Positions 45,420 to 54,138 of a DNA stretch of 64,000 bases are shown one piece after another (position 1 is the first letter of the stretch; every line of letters begins with the position of its first letter). The stretch comes from Polyangiales bacterium. GTDB lineage: Bacteria; Myxococcota_A; Polyangia; Polyangiales; Polyangiaceae. The notes under the pieces are model-generated. The model searched no databases. It was not told the origin of the DNA and was given only the letters and a program-made list of their open reading frames with translations. The stretch is from positions 32,001 through 96,000 of the forward strand of contig JBBRLQ010000016.1 in assembly GCA_038231275.1 (NCBI GenBank), read 5' to 3'. Both the position numbers and the translations under genes were made by a program.

Positions 45420-48125
45420 CTACCTTTTTTTGGGCGGTCCTTTGGGAGGCGGGGCACCGGATGGCGAGGGCGCGGACGCGGCGCCGGGACCGTGCGCGTA
45501 GCCCCACTCGCGAAGCATTCGCCCCATCTCTTCGGCGCCCTCGCGGGAGTCCTCGCGCGTGACTCCGCGACCCGCGCCCTCGTCGCGCGGCGCCTCGCCC
45601 GGCCGCTCGCGCGTGACGAAGAGGCCCGTGTCGCGACGCGGATCGATCTGCGGCAGCGTCGGCGAGAACGCGCTGACCCGGGCCTCGTCGGTCGCGATGC
45701 CGAGGCGTAGCGCGGGCGCGGCGAGGCCGAAGGGACCCGCGAAGACCTGTGAGGCCGCGAGCGGCACGTCGTCGAAGAAGAGCTCCCACGCGAGCGCCGC
45801 CGACGGAGGCTCCACGCGCGCGTCCACACCGACGACCCCATCGGGTGCCGTCACGAACGCGATCTCGACGCGGCCGCCATCGAGCTTGATGGACTCCGGT
45901 CCCGCGCCGACGGCGCTCGCCTCCGTGATCTTCGCCTTCGGATCGACTGTGTGAACCGTCCCCGAGATGCGCCGCGCTGCGCCCCCGCCCGCGAACCGCA
46001 GATGCACGCGCGTCGCCGCCTCAGGCGGATCGGGACGCGCGGCGGCCTGCGTGCCCGCGACCGCGACGTTCTTGCGCGCGGCCTCCATGCGCGCGCGCAT
46101 CTCGACGAGCGCCTCGGGCCGCTCGTGAACCAAGTTGTACCGTTCGCCGGGATCCTCCTCCAGATCGTAGAGCTCCTCCGCGACGGTCTCGGTCTTGTCG
46201 CCCTTGAGGCTCGTCGTCGTCTGCGCCGCCCCCTCGCGCACCAGCAGCCGGTATTTCCCGGCGATCAGCCCGCGCGTGCCGCGGCCCTCCGACAGCACGA
46301 CGCGCTCGTCCGCTTCTGCCTCGCCGCGCACGAGCGGCATGAGCGACGCGCCGCTCGACTTCGGCGCGCGGTCAAGGCCGAGCACCTCGAGGATCGTCGG
46401 CGCGATGTCGATCGACCGGACGCGGGCCTTCACCTCGCGCCCCTCGGGCAGCACGCCGGGCAAGGAGAAGAGGATCGGGATGCGCGTCGTCTCCTCGTAA
46501 TTGCTGACCGCGTGGTGGTAGCGGATCTGAAGCTTGTCGAGCCCCTTGCCGTCGTGCGCCGACGACAGCGTCTCGCCATGATCCGCCGTCAGGACGACGA
46601 GCGTGCGCTCCCGAAGGCCCAGCTCGTCGAGCTTGGCGAGGAGCTGACCGACCGCCTCGTCGTCCTTCGCGGCCTCCGCGAGGTACATGCGCGTGACGTA
46701 GTCGACGGGCCCGGCCGGCGGCATCGGTACGCGCCCCTTCAACCGCTCCGGCGGCTCCCACGGCTCGTGCGGCGAGTTGTAGTTGCAGAAGAGGAAGAAG
46801 CGGTCCTTCGCGTGCTCCTTCATCCACGACGTCGCGTGCTGAGTGATCTCGAGCGTGTCGCGCGTCCGGTAGCGATGATCGTCGACGCGCTCGAAGCCCA
46901 TGTCCACGCCGACCGACGCGTAGCCGACCATGAAGTAGTTGTTCACGAACGCGCGCGTCTGCATCCCCGCGTGACGGAGGAGGAGAGGCAGGAGCGGCGG
47001 GCTCGACGCGTAGAAGCGGCTCGCCTGATCGGGCGGCAAGACCCACGGCAACGGATCGAGGCCGAGCTCCGTCGAGCGCGCGCCGGCGAGCATGGCGAGC
47101 GTGCCGGGACGCGTCCACGCGCCGTTGGAGTACGCGTGCGTGAAGCGGACGCCGCGCGCGGAGAGCCCGTCGATCGCCGGGAGGAGCCCTGGCATCTTCG
47201 GCAGGAGCGCCTCGAGCGGAGGACGCTTGGCGCGCTGCTTGGCCTGATCCTCGGCGTCATCGTGGAAGCTGGCGATCGCGTCGGGCCGCAGCGCATCGAC
47301 GACGACGAAGAGCACGTTGTACGGCAGCGTCGTCGGCCCGCGCGTGAGCAGCACGGGATTTCCCCAAAGGGCGACGCCGCTCCCGCTCGCTTCGATCTGC
47401 GACATGCCGTTGTTCATGGCGACCATGAGCTTCGGCGTCGCGCGCAGGCGAAGGTCGACGACCTGGCCGGAGAACGCCGAGAGATCGACCGACGCATCGA
47501 GCCACTCTTTGGCTTCTTTCGATGGCATCGCGCGCGAGAAGATCTCCTTCGTGCGCCCGTGCGCGTCGACGACGGTGACGCCGAACTCGGTTTCGCCGCG
47601 ACCGCCGAGCAGCGCCGTGGCGAAATCGAGGCGCGCCAGGGCAGGGATCGCGACGCGGAACGAAATCGTGGCGGGCGTCGGGGCGGCGATGGCGTCGCGC
47701 TGGTCGAAGCTCCCCTCGTTCATGTTCCAGATGCGCGCGTCGGGCTCCCACTGCCCTTTCGCGCCGGGCATGGACCACTGCGTCTCGGTCGCGCTCGTTC
47801 GAAGCGCGATGGTCGTCGTGGACTTGAGCGCGTCGCCCGAGAGCGGCGACCACACGATCGGCATCTTGCGCCAGTGGGCCTGGAGCGGCCCGCGCAGCGT
47901 CGCGTTCGCGCTCTCGACGCGCGCGTCGCCCATGCGATCGACGAGGCGCGTGTCCACCTGGTAGCCGTCGGCCCCTTTGTGGGCGCCTGTCGATGCCAGC
48001 GGCTCCGCGCGCGCGGCCATCGGCGGGAGCGTGCGCGGATCGCCGCCGCCGCCCGCCCGGTACGCGAGCCACGCAGCGGCGAGCCCCACGCACGCGGTCA
48101 CGCCGCGCTGGACCGCGCCGCTCAC
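45420..48125 (-). CDS. Sulfatase-like hydrolase/transferase (alkaline phosphatase superfamily) with N-terminal anchor and beta-sandwich domain
   Basis: NVLFVVVDALRPD, WTRPG, PHEPW, TADHGE, RIPILF..PG, IDIAPTIL..LG, ELYDL..DPGE..NL; GTG at 48125 overlaps the upstream stop (GTGA), so the 1526-aa ORF is trimmed. Confidence 0.85.
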   Translation of the reverse strand: MSGAVQRGVTACVGLAAAWLAYRAGGGGDPRTLPPMAARAEPLASTGAHKGADGYQVDTRLVDRMGDARVESANATLRGPLQAHWRKMPIVWSPLSGDALKSTTTIALRTSATETQWSMPGAKGQWEPDARIWNMNEGSFDQRDAIAAPTPATISFRVAIPALARLDFATALLGGRGETEFGVTVVDAHGRTKEIFSRAMPSKEAKEWLDASVDLSAFSGQVVDLRLRATPKLMVAMNNGMSQIEASGSGVALWGNPVLLTRGPTTLPYNVLFVVVDALRPDAIASFHDDAEDQAKQRAKRPPLEALLPKMPGLLPAIDGLSARGVRFTHAYSNGAWTRPGTLAMLAGARSTELGLDPLPWVLPPDQASRFYASSPPLLPLLLRHAGMQTRAFVNNYFMVGYASVGVDMGFERVDDHRYRTRDTLEITQHATSWMKEHAKDRFFLFCNYNSPHEPWEPPERLKGRVPMPPAGPVDYVTRMYLAEAAKDDEAVGQLLAKLDELGLRERTLVVLTADHGETLSSAHDGKGLDKLQIRYHHAVSNYEETTRIPILFSLPGVLPEGREVKARVRSIDIAPTILEVLGLDRAPKSSGASLMPLVRGEAEADERVVLSEGRGTRGLIAGKYRLLVREGAAQTTTSLKGDKTETVAEELYDLEEDPGERYNLVHERPEALVEMRARMEAARKNVAVAGTQAAARPDPPEAATRVHLRFAGGGAARRISGTVHTVDPKAKITEASAVGAGPESIKLDGGRVEIAFVTAPDGVVGVDARVEPPSAALAWELFFDDVPLAASQVFAGPFGLAAPALRLGIATDEARVSAFSPTLPQIDPRRDTGLFVTRERPGEAPRDEGAGRGVTREDSREGAEEMGRMLREWGYAHGPGAASAPSPSGAPPPKGPPKKR

Positions 48126-50308
48126 GGCGCCCCCAGCCTGACGCCGTCGGGCGTCGCCGTGAGCGCGCCGAGATCGCGCGGGAGGAGCACGTCGCCCACC
48201 AGGTGCATCGCAGGATCTCGCGCCATCCAGGCCTGAAGCTCGCTCTTCAGGCGCGCGACCTCGGCGGGGTGCGTGTCGGCCACGTCGCGCGTCTCGTCGG
48301 GATCGGCGCTCGTATCGAAGAGCATGTACTTTGCACCCATTCGCGTTGGCGCATACACGAGCTTGTAGCGCTCGTCGCGGACCATGCGGTGCTTGGCGAC
48401 GATCGTGAGCGGCCGCGCGCTCTTCTGGAGGACGACCTCGTCTCCGTGCGCGGGATCGACCTCGGTCATTCGCGCCACGCCCGGGGACGGCAAGCGGAGC
48501 GACGGCGCGAGGCCGGGGATGTCCTCCGTGAACCAGAGCCCTGTCTCCGCGAAGGCGAGCGTCGGCGGGAGCTCGGCGCCGTCGAGCGCGGGCACGAGCG
48601 AGCGCCCGTCGAGATCCATCGGCGCCGCCACCCCGGTCAGCTCGTAGAGGGTCGGCGCGAGATCGACGTCGCGCACGATGCCGGCGTTTCGGCTCGGACG
48701 CGGACGGCGCGGATCCACGACGACGAACGGGATGTGCGTCCCCTCGTCGCCGAAGAGGTGGTCGCCATGTCCCTGCCCGTGCTCTCCCTCGTACAGGGTC
48801 TCGCCGTGATCGGCGGCGATCACCACGATGGTCGGCCCCTTCACCTTCGCGAGCGCATCGAGGACCCGACCGCACGCCGCGTCGACGCTCGCGACCGAGC
48901 CGTCGTAGAGGCCACGGATCTGCTCGATGTCCTCTGCGTCGGGCGGCGCCTCGGCGCCGAGGCCCACCGGCTTGTGGTACTTGAAGCGGCCGCGGTACGA
49001 GGGGCGCGTGAAGCGGCCGTAGTGCGGAGCCGGCGCCGCGTAGGGGAAATGCGCGGTCGAGAAGAAGACCGTGACGAAGAACGGCGCGCCGGAGGACGAC
49101 TCGATGGCCCGGATCGCGTCGTCGGCGAGGAGCTCGGGATCGGCGGCGTCGTTCATCTCGCGCATGACCGGGAACGCCACACGACCGGCGCGCGAGTGCA
49201 AAAAGGGGAGGAGCGGCGTCTGTCGCTCGAGCGCTCGCTGCCTCACGAGCTGCCGGAAATCGAAGGTCGGGACGTCGACACGCCCGAAGCCGAGATCGAC
49301 ACGCCCGAAGATGTCCCCCGCGTAGTCGCTCACGACCGCGGTCCGGTAGCCGGCGGCGGCGAGGCGCGCCGGCAGCGCATCGAAGTCCTTCGCGCGCTCT
49401 TCCCACCGCGGGAACATCGAGCGGATGCCGTGATGGTGCGGGTGACGTCCGCTGAGGAGCGAGACCCACGACGGGAACGTCCGCGGCAGCGACACGTACG
49501 CGCGATCGAAGCGCGCGCCGCGCGACGCGAGCTCGGTGAGGCGAGGCGCGATCGCCGGCGTGAGGCGATCGGCGCGCAGCGAGTCGGCGGCGAGGAGGAG
49601 GACGTTGGGGCGCGGCGCATCGGGGGCCGCGTGCGCGATCTTGACCGGCGGGCCCAGCGGGGCGGCGAACAGCGCGCTCGCGAGGAGACCGAGCAGCAGG
49701 AGGATCGACGCCGCGCCACCCGTCGCCGCGAGCGCGCGACGCCTCGGCAGGAACGCCCGACCGAGCCGCCGCGGCCAGCTCCGCCAGCGCGCGGGGGGGC
49801 CCGCGAGGTACAAGAGGAGGCCGACCGCGCCGATCGCGACGATCCCACGGACCCCGAGGACGTCGGTAGCGAACACCTGCGCCGTCCGGCGGAGGCCACC
49901 CTGCGCGTACCACGCGTCGGCGTACAGCTGCGGCGCCGCAGCCATGCCGCGCAGGACCAGCCACGCGTGCGCGATCGCGGTGACGCCGAGGACCGCCCAC
50001 GCGCGACGAAGCGGCGTGCGGCGAGGCGCGCGGGCCATGCGATCGCGCACGAGGACGAGCGCGTCAGCGAGCGCGCCCATCGCGCCACCCACCACGATCG
50101 AGAGGGCCACGATCGCGATCGTGACGCGCAACACCTCACCGCCGAAGCGATCGTTCACGAAGGTCGTGACGTCGTGCGCGTCGCGGCCGAGGAGCGCGCC
50201 CGAGTCGGCGGATCGTCCGGCGTACGCCGCAAGCGCGGTGAGGTACAGCGCTCCGACCGAGCTCGGTCGAAGGGCGAACCGGTAGATGGGACCGAGGGCT
50301 TCGCGCAC
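48122..50308 (-). CDS. Membrane-anchored sulfatase-like hydrolase/transferase
   Basis: About 5 N-terminal TMs; PNVLLLAADSLRAD, RTFPSW.SLLSG..P..HG, AHFPY, AADHGE, DLAPTL, LFD...DP.E. Confidence 0.87.
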   Translation of the reverse strand: MREALGPIYRFALRPSSVGALYLTALAAYAGRSADSGALLGRDAHDVTTFVNDRFGGEVLRVTIAIVALSIVVGGAMGALADALVLVRDRMARAPRRTPLRRAWAVLGVTAIAHAWLVLRGMAAAPQLYADAWYAQGGLRRTAQVFATDVLGVRGIVAIGAVGLLLYLAGPPARWRSWPRRLGRAFLPRRRALAATGGAASILLLLGLLASALFAAPLGPPVKIAHAAPDAPRPNVLLLAADSLRADRLTPAIAPRLTELASRGARFDRAYVSLPRTFPSWVSLLSGRHPHHHGIRSMFPRWEERAKDFDALPARLAAAGYRTAVVSDYAGDIFGRVDLGFGRVDVPTFDFRQLVRQRALERQTPLLPFLHSRAGRVAFPVMREMNDAADPELLADDAIRAIESSSGAPFFVTVFFSTAHFPYAAPAPHYGRFTRPSYRGRFKYHKPVGLGAEAPPDAEDIEQIRGLYDGSVASVDAACGRVLDALAKVKGPTIVVIAADHGETLYEGEHGQGHGDHLFGDEGTHIPFVVVDPRRPRPSRNAGIVRDVDLAPTLYELTGVAAPMDLDGRSLVPALDGAELPPTLAFAETGLWFTEDIPGLAPSLRLPSPGVARMTEVDPAHGDEVVLQKSARPLTIVAKHRMVRDERYKLVYAPTRMGAKYMLFDTSADPDETRDVADTHPAEVARLKSELQAWMARDPAMHLVGDVLLPRDLGALTATPDGVRLGAP

Positions 50309-50325
50309 GCGCTCGCGATGCTACC

Positions 50326-50799
50326 TCAGCCGCGCCCCTTGCGCAGGAGCGGCGCGATCGCGGAAGAGAGCGGGCGCGGGCCCGGATCGCGCGGCGCGAA
50401 GCGCTCGGACAGGTCGGCGATCTGGCGACCGACGCGCAGAACGACGTCGCGCGGCACGGTCCCCCCCTGCACGCGCCCACAAAAGAACGTGCGGCATCCG
50501 AAGGGTCGCGAGGCGTAGGCGCGGCACCGGCCGTCGTCGCCGAGGACTGGACAGCGCCGCTCGTCGTCGTCGCGGGCCAGCGCGAGGCGTTTTTTGGATG
50601 ACGGCAGTGGCGACGCGCGGAGAGCATGCTCGAGCTCGGCGAGCTCGACCGCGGTCGGGTACGGCTCGCGCCCCGTCACGCCGAAGCGGCAACACTCGGT
50701 CGACGCGTCGCACGAGAGCGACGCCAGCTCGGCGTCGACCTCGTCGTAGAGCTTGCGCAGCGCGGCGCGGGCGGGATCGTCTCGGAAGGGATGCGGCAC
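50326..50799 (-). CDS. YkgJ family Cys-cluster (Zn/Fe-chelating) protein
   Basis: SC...TECC, CP.L...GRC..Y..RPFGCR.FFC; GTG start inferred. Confidence 0.85.
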   Translation of the reverse strand: MPHPFRDDPARAALRKLYDEVDAELASLSCDASTECCRFGVTGREPYPTAVELAELEHALRASPLPSSKKRLALARDDDERRCPVLGDDGRCRAYASRPFGCRTFFCGRVQGGTVPRDVVLRVGRQIADLSERFAPRDPGPRPLSSAIAPLLRKGRG

Positions 50800-50831
50800 G
50801 ACGTTTGGTGTTCTAAAATGAAGTGTCTCGC

Positions 50832-52061
50832 ATGGCCACCGCCACAAGCAAGCCGCGACTCCGAGCGATCGAGAGCATCGTCGTGACCGATCCCCGTGAC
50901 GGGCGCGTCCTCGTCCTCCGCGACACGCAAGGCGTCGCCGAGGGGCACGTGTCGATGCCGGTCGCGCTCTCCGCCGTGGTCGGGCGATTCACGGGGAGAA
51001 AGACCTGCCGCGAGATCGCGCGCGAGGTCTCGCGCGAGCTCGATCAGGACGTGCCCGAGGAGATCGTCGTGCGCCTCGCCACGCAACTCGAGGACGCCCT
51101 CTACTGCGAGGGGCCGCGCTTCACGGAGGCCCTCGCGCGCGCGCACGACGTCTTCGCCGATCTCGACGTCCGGCCCGCGACCCACGCCGGCGGCGCCTAC
51201 CACGGCGCCAAGGACCAGCTCGCGCGATACCTCGACACCGAGTGCCTCGGCGCCGCGAAGCGAAGCGAGAAGGGACGCATCGTCGGCCTGGTCGCGCCGC
51301 ACATCGATCCGTGGCGCGGCGCGCTCGGCTACGGCCACGCGTACGGCGCGCTCGAGAGCACGCTCTCCGAGGAGGCCGACACGTTCGTGCTCTTCGGCAC
51401 CTCCCACGCGCCGATGCGCCAGCCGTTCGCGCTCTGCCGCAAGGCCTTCGCGACACCGCTCGGTGCGATGAGCGTGGACGCCGACGCCGTCGACGGGCTC
51501 GCGTCCCGCGCGACGTTCGATCCGTACGCCGATCAGTTCAACCACAAGCGCGAACACTCCCTCGAGTTCCAGGTCGTGTTCTTGAAGCACCTCCTCGGCG
51601 AGCGACCGGCGCGCATCGTGCCCATCCTCGCCGGCCTCGGGCGGCACCAGGCGCACGGGACCGATCCGGGCGAGGATGACGCGGTCGTGCGTTTTCTGGA
51701 CGGCGTGCGGGCGCTCGTCGATGCGCGCCCGGGTCGCGTGGTCGTCATCGCCGGCGCAGATCTCGCGCATACCGGTCCGCGCTTCGGCGATTCGCAGGGC
51801 TACGACGCCCACGCGCGCCGCGATCTCGAGACGAAGGACCGTGCGTCTCTTAGGCACGCCGCCGATGTCGCCCCTGCCGCGTTCTGGGACGACGTCGCGG
51901 CCGATCTCGACACCCGACGCGTCTGCGGCCTCGCGCCGATTTACTCGCTCCTCCACGCGCTTCCCGACGGCACGCGCGGGCGCGCGCTCCATTACGAGCA
52001 GAACGTCGATCCCGACGACGGCTCGATCGTCAGCCACGCCGCCGTCGGCTTTTTCTCCTGA
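50832..52061 (+). CDS. amrB: AmmeMemoRadiSam system protein B (MEMO1 family) with N-terminal helical extension
   Basis: R...HAG.AY, VAPHID, LFGTSH, F.TPLG, H..EHSLEFQ, IVPIL, GADLAH.GPRFGD, VCG..PI. Confidence 0.9.
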   Translation: MATATSKPRLRAIESIVVTDPRDGRVLVLRDTQGVAEGHVSMPVALSAVVGRFTGRKTCREIAREVSRELDQDVPEEIVVRLATQLEDALYCEGPRFTEALARAHDVFADLDVRPATHAGGAYHGAKDQLARYLDTECLGAAKRSEKGRIVGLVAPHIDPWRGALGYGHAYGALESTLSEEADTFVLFGTSHAPMRQPFALCRKAFATPLGAMSVDADAVDGLASRATFDPYADQFNHKREHSLEFQVVFLKHLLGERPARIVPILAGLGRHQAHGTDPGEDDAVVRFLDGVRALVDARPGRVVVIAGADLAHTGPRFGDSQGYDAHARRDLETKDRASLRHAADVAPAAFWDDVAADLDTRRVCGLAPIYSLLHALPDGTRGRALHYEQNVDPDDGSIVSHAAVGFFS

Positions 52062-52092
52062 CGTGCCAAGGGCGCGTGGCAAACTGGAGCCG

Positions 52093-52539
52093 ATGAACGA
52101 CGACGACGCCAAGCCGGCCGCAGCCCCGCTCGGGCGTTACCAAGGCCCCGCGCGCGCCGCGCCCTACCCGCTCAGCCGCATGACACCGGCCTTCGATTTG
52201 GTCGACGTCGCAGCCGAGATCCAGCGCGCCGACACGATGCTCGCGACGGTCACCGGCGGCAAGCTCGAGGTCATCGCCGAGCAGATCCGCGTCCTGCAAG
52301 ACAAGGCGCGCGCCCTCCTCGACGCTGCGCGCCGCGACGCCGAGCTCCACCGCATCAAATGCAGCTTCGAGAAGCGCATCGGCGGCGTCTACCACCTCTA
52401 TCGGGAGGAGGATGGGACGGAGTGGTTCTCCCTCATCGCGCCCGACGAGTGGCGGACGAAGCAGACGCACACGTTCCTTGGGACGTATCGGCTGGAGATC
52501 GACATGGGATTTTCGCGGATCGACGGCGGGACACCATGA
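52093..52539 (+). CDS. DUF2452-like protein
   Basis: KLE.IAEQIR.LQ..A, LH...C.F.K..G..YHLY......FSLI.P.EW......LG.YRLE.D..F. Confidence 0.75.
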   Translation: MNDDDAKPAAAPLGRYQGPARAAPYPLSRMTPAFDLVDVAAEIQRADTMLATVTGGKLEVIAEQIRVLQDKARALLDAARRDAELHRIKCSFEKRIGGVYHLYREEDGTEWFSLIAPDEWRTKQTHTFLGTYRLEIDMGFSRIDGGTP

Positions 52540-53159
52540 AGCGACTCCTCGCCTTCGCCTTCGCCCTCGCCGTGACCGCCTGCGGCGCGGCGACTCCGAC
52601 TCCGACTCCGACTCCGACTCCGACTCCGACTCCGACTCCGACTCCGACCCCGACCCCGACCCCGACTCCGACTCCGGCTCCGGCTCCGACTCTCGGCGTC
52701 GGCGTCGGCGCGGACAAGATCGCCCCCTACACTCCCGAGCAGATCCGCGACGCCACGCCGGAAGGACGCACCTACCGCTACCGCATCGTCCGCGAGGGCA
52801 AGCCTGTGCGAATCGACGAGATGAAGTTCGTCCGTGTCGACGCGCAGGGGGCGGATGTCTCGAGCACGTCACGCGAAGAGCCCGCCGCGGCCACCGAGCC
52901 AAAGATCAAGACGGTCACGTGGGCCGAGCTGCGTGCGCACGGCGAGTTCCCGCGCGCGCTCGTCACCGTCGCGGACGAGCCCGTCGACGTCCCCGCCGGC
53001 CACTTCACGTGCATGGTCTTCACGCTGAAGGACGCGGCGAAGAACGAGGTGTCGCGGTTCTACTTCGCGCGCGAGATTCCCGGCGCGCCAGTCCTCTACT
53101 TCACCGAGAAGGATGGCAAGCGCGTGATGACGGCGACGCTCCTCGAGCATCGCCGGTAG
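52536..53159 (+). CDS. Lipoprotein with (Pro-Thr)n linker and small C-terminal beta domain
   Basis: MKRLLAFAFALAVTAC lipobox; E.V.VPAG.F.C motif; ATGA overlap. Confidence 0.75.
   Translation: MKRLLAFAFALAVTACGAATPTPTPTPTPTPTPTPTPTPTPTPTPTPAPAPTLGVGVGADKIAPYTPEQIRDATPEGRTYRYRIVREGKPVRIDEMKFVRVDAQGADVSSTSREEPAAATEPKIKTVTWAELRAHGEFPRALVTVADEPVDVPAGHFTCMVFTLKDAAKNEVSRFYFAREIPGAPVLYFTEKDGKRVMTATLLEHRR
52591..52692 (+). repeat. Hexamer tandem repeat, 17 units (9x cgactc, 3x cgaccc, 2x cgactc, 2x cggctc, 1x cgactc)
   Basis: Counted directly; encodes TPTPTP...PAPAPT. Confidence 0.95.
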
Positions 53160-53518
53160 CCGGCCGCATCGAACTGGGACCACGCGATGCTCCACGTCAC
53201 CGCCACCGCGCCGCGCCCGCCTGGAGCCATGACCATGCGCCGCGCGTAGGTGTCCCTCACGGCGAGGAGACGTCAGTGACGTCGGGGTTCGAGCACGAAG
53301 CGGGAGAGAAGGAACTCGTCGGCAAGTCGGCTTTTTTGGCGGCCCGCCCGTCGGGCTCCTGAGGTCCGCGTCGGTGCGCGTGTACGCCAAACTCCGACTT
53401 TCTTTCTCAGGTCGTCGGAGCTCTTGGCCGTTCCACGCTTCATGCGCGACCCGTCTGCACGCCTCCTTCGCGGCGCACCTGCTGCTCGCACCGGCGCGTC
53501 CCGAGGAGGCCTTGCGCC

Positions 53519-54061
53519 TTGAGCCTCTCCGACGAGCTGCAACGCCTCGTTCCGAACGCGTGCGAGGAGGTCCTGTCCTCGATCGGCTTCCGCGCGAAGG
53601 GATCGAGCTTCGGCGACGTGACAGGCGTGCTCGCGCGGCCGCAGGAATACGCGGCGGGGATGACCGACTTCTTCGGCGAGGCGATGACCGGGAAGCTCGT
53701 GCTGGTGAGCACCTTCGACTTCTTCGCAAAATCCGGCCCCAATCGCTGCACGCCGCTGAACATCGAGTCGGCGCGCGACTGGATCCGCGTGCGTGACTGG
53801 ACAATGGAGCTGTCGAACCAGCTCGTCGGGCGCGTGAAGAACCGGCTCTGCACGCTCGGGGTCTCCCTGGACACGCGCCTCCCCAAGGCGGCGTCGGGCC
53901 ACGCGCTCACCGTCATCGTTCGCGAGCGGAAGCGTCCCCCTATCCTCTTCATCGCGGGCGGGCACGACGTCCGCGTCTGGTTCGAGGCGACCGTGAACGA
54001 GCAAGCCGGTCGCGGGCCCCGTGTCGATCCACTGGGCGAAGGGGACGTCGTCTGTTTCTGA
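53519..54061 (+). CDS. CheX-family phosphatase-like protein
   Basis: F.G...G.LVL, RDW..ELSNQLVGRVKN.L (ExxN), C-terminal EGDVVCF; GAGGAGG RBS 9 nt before TTG. Confidence 0.78.
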   Translation: MSLSDELQRLVPNACEEVLSSIGFRAKGSSFGDVTGVLARPQEYAAGMTDFFGEAMTGKLVLVSTFDFFAKSGPNRCTPLNIESARDWIRVRDWTMELSNQLVGRVKNRLCTLGVSLDTRLPKAASGHALTVIVRERKRPPILFIAGGHDVRVWFEATVNEQAGRGPRVDPLGEGDVVCF

Positions 54062-54138
54062 GCGGCGCTCCTACCCCGCCCCACCAAAGGAAGGCGGACC
54101 GATCAAGTCGGGGTGGTCACCAGCCGTTCCTCCAACGG

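Noticed and set aside
48126..50000. N-terminal ~625 aa of the 1526-aa ORF 45420..50000
   Set aside because: Arg/Pro-rich off-frame shadow of the real gene 48122..50308; the true start is the GTG at 48125
47993..50518. 841-aa + strand ORF (likewise 45951..48236 and 38269..40464)
   Set aside because: Antisense shadows of well-supported - strand genes, with no recognisable motifs
52591..52692. Possible CRISPR array (also considered 34384-34518 and 9320-9412)
   Set aside because: No unique spacers, the repeats are in-frame coding, and no cas genes are present
52412..53362. ORF with a DSDSDS tract resembling staphylococcal Sdr repeats (and the antisense ESES/GVGV ORFs)
   Set aside because: Alternative frames of the hexamer repeat; only the PT frame has a signal peptide and lipobox
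53160..53518. Possible riboswitch/ncRNA or small ORF in the 360-nt gap before cheX
   Set aside because: Only a weak 7-bp hairpin (ctccgac/gtcggag, 53392-53420); no recognisable RNA family or convincing ORF; an Rfam search would settle it
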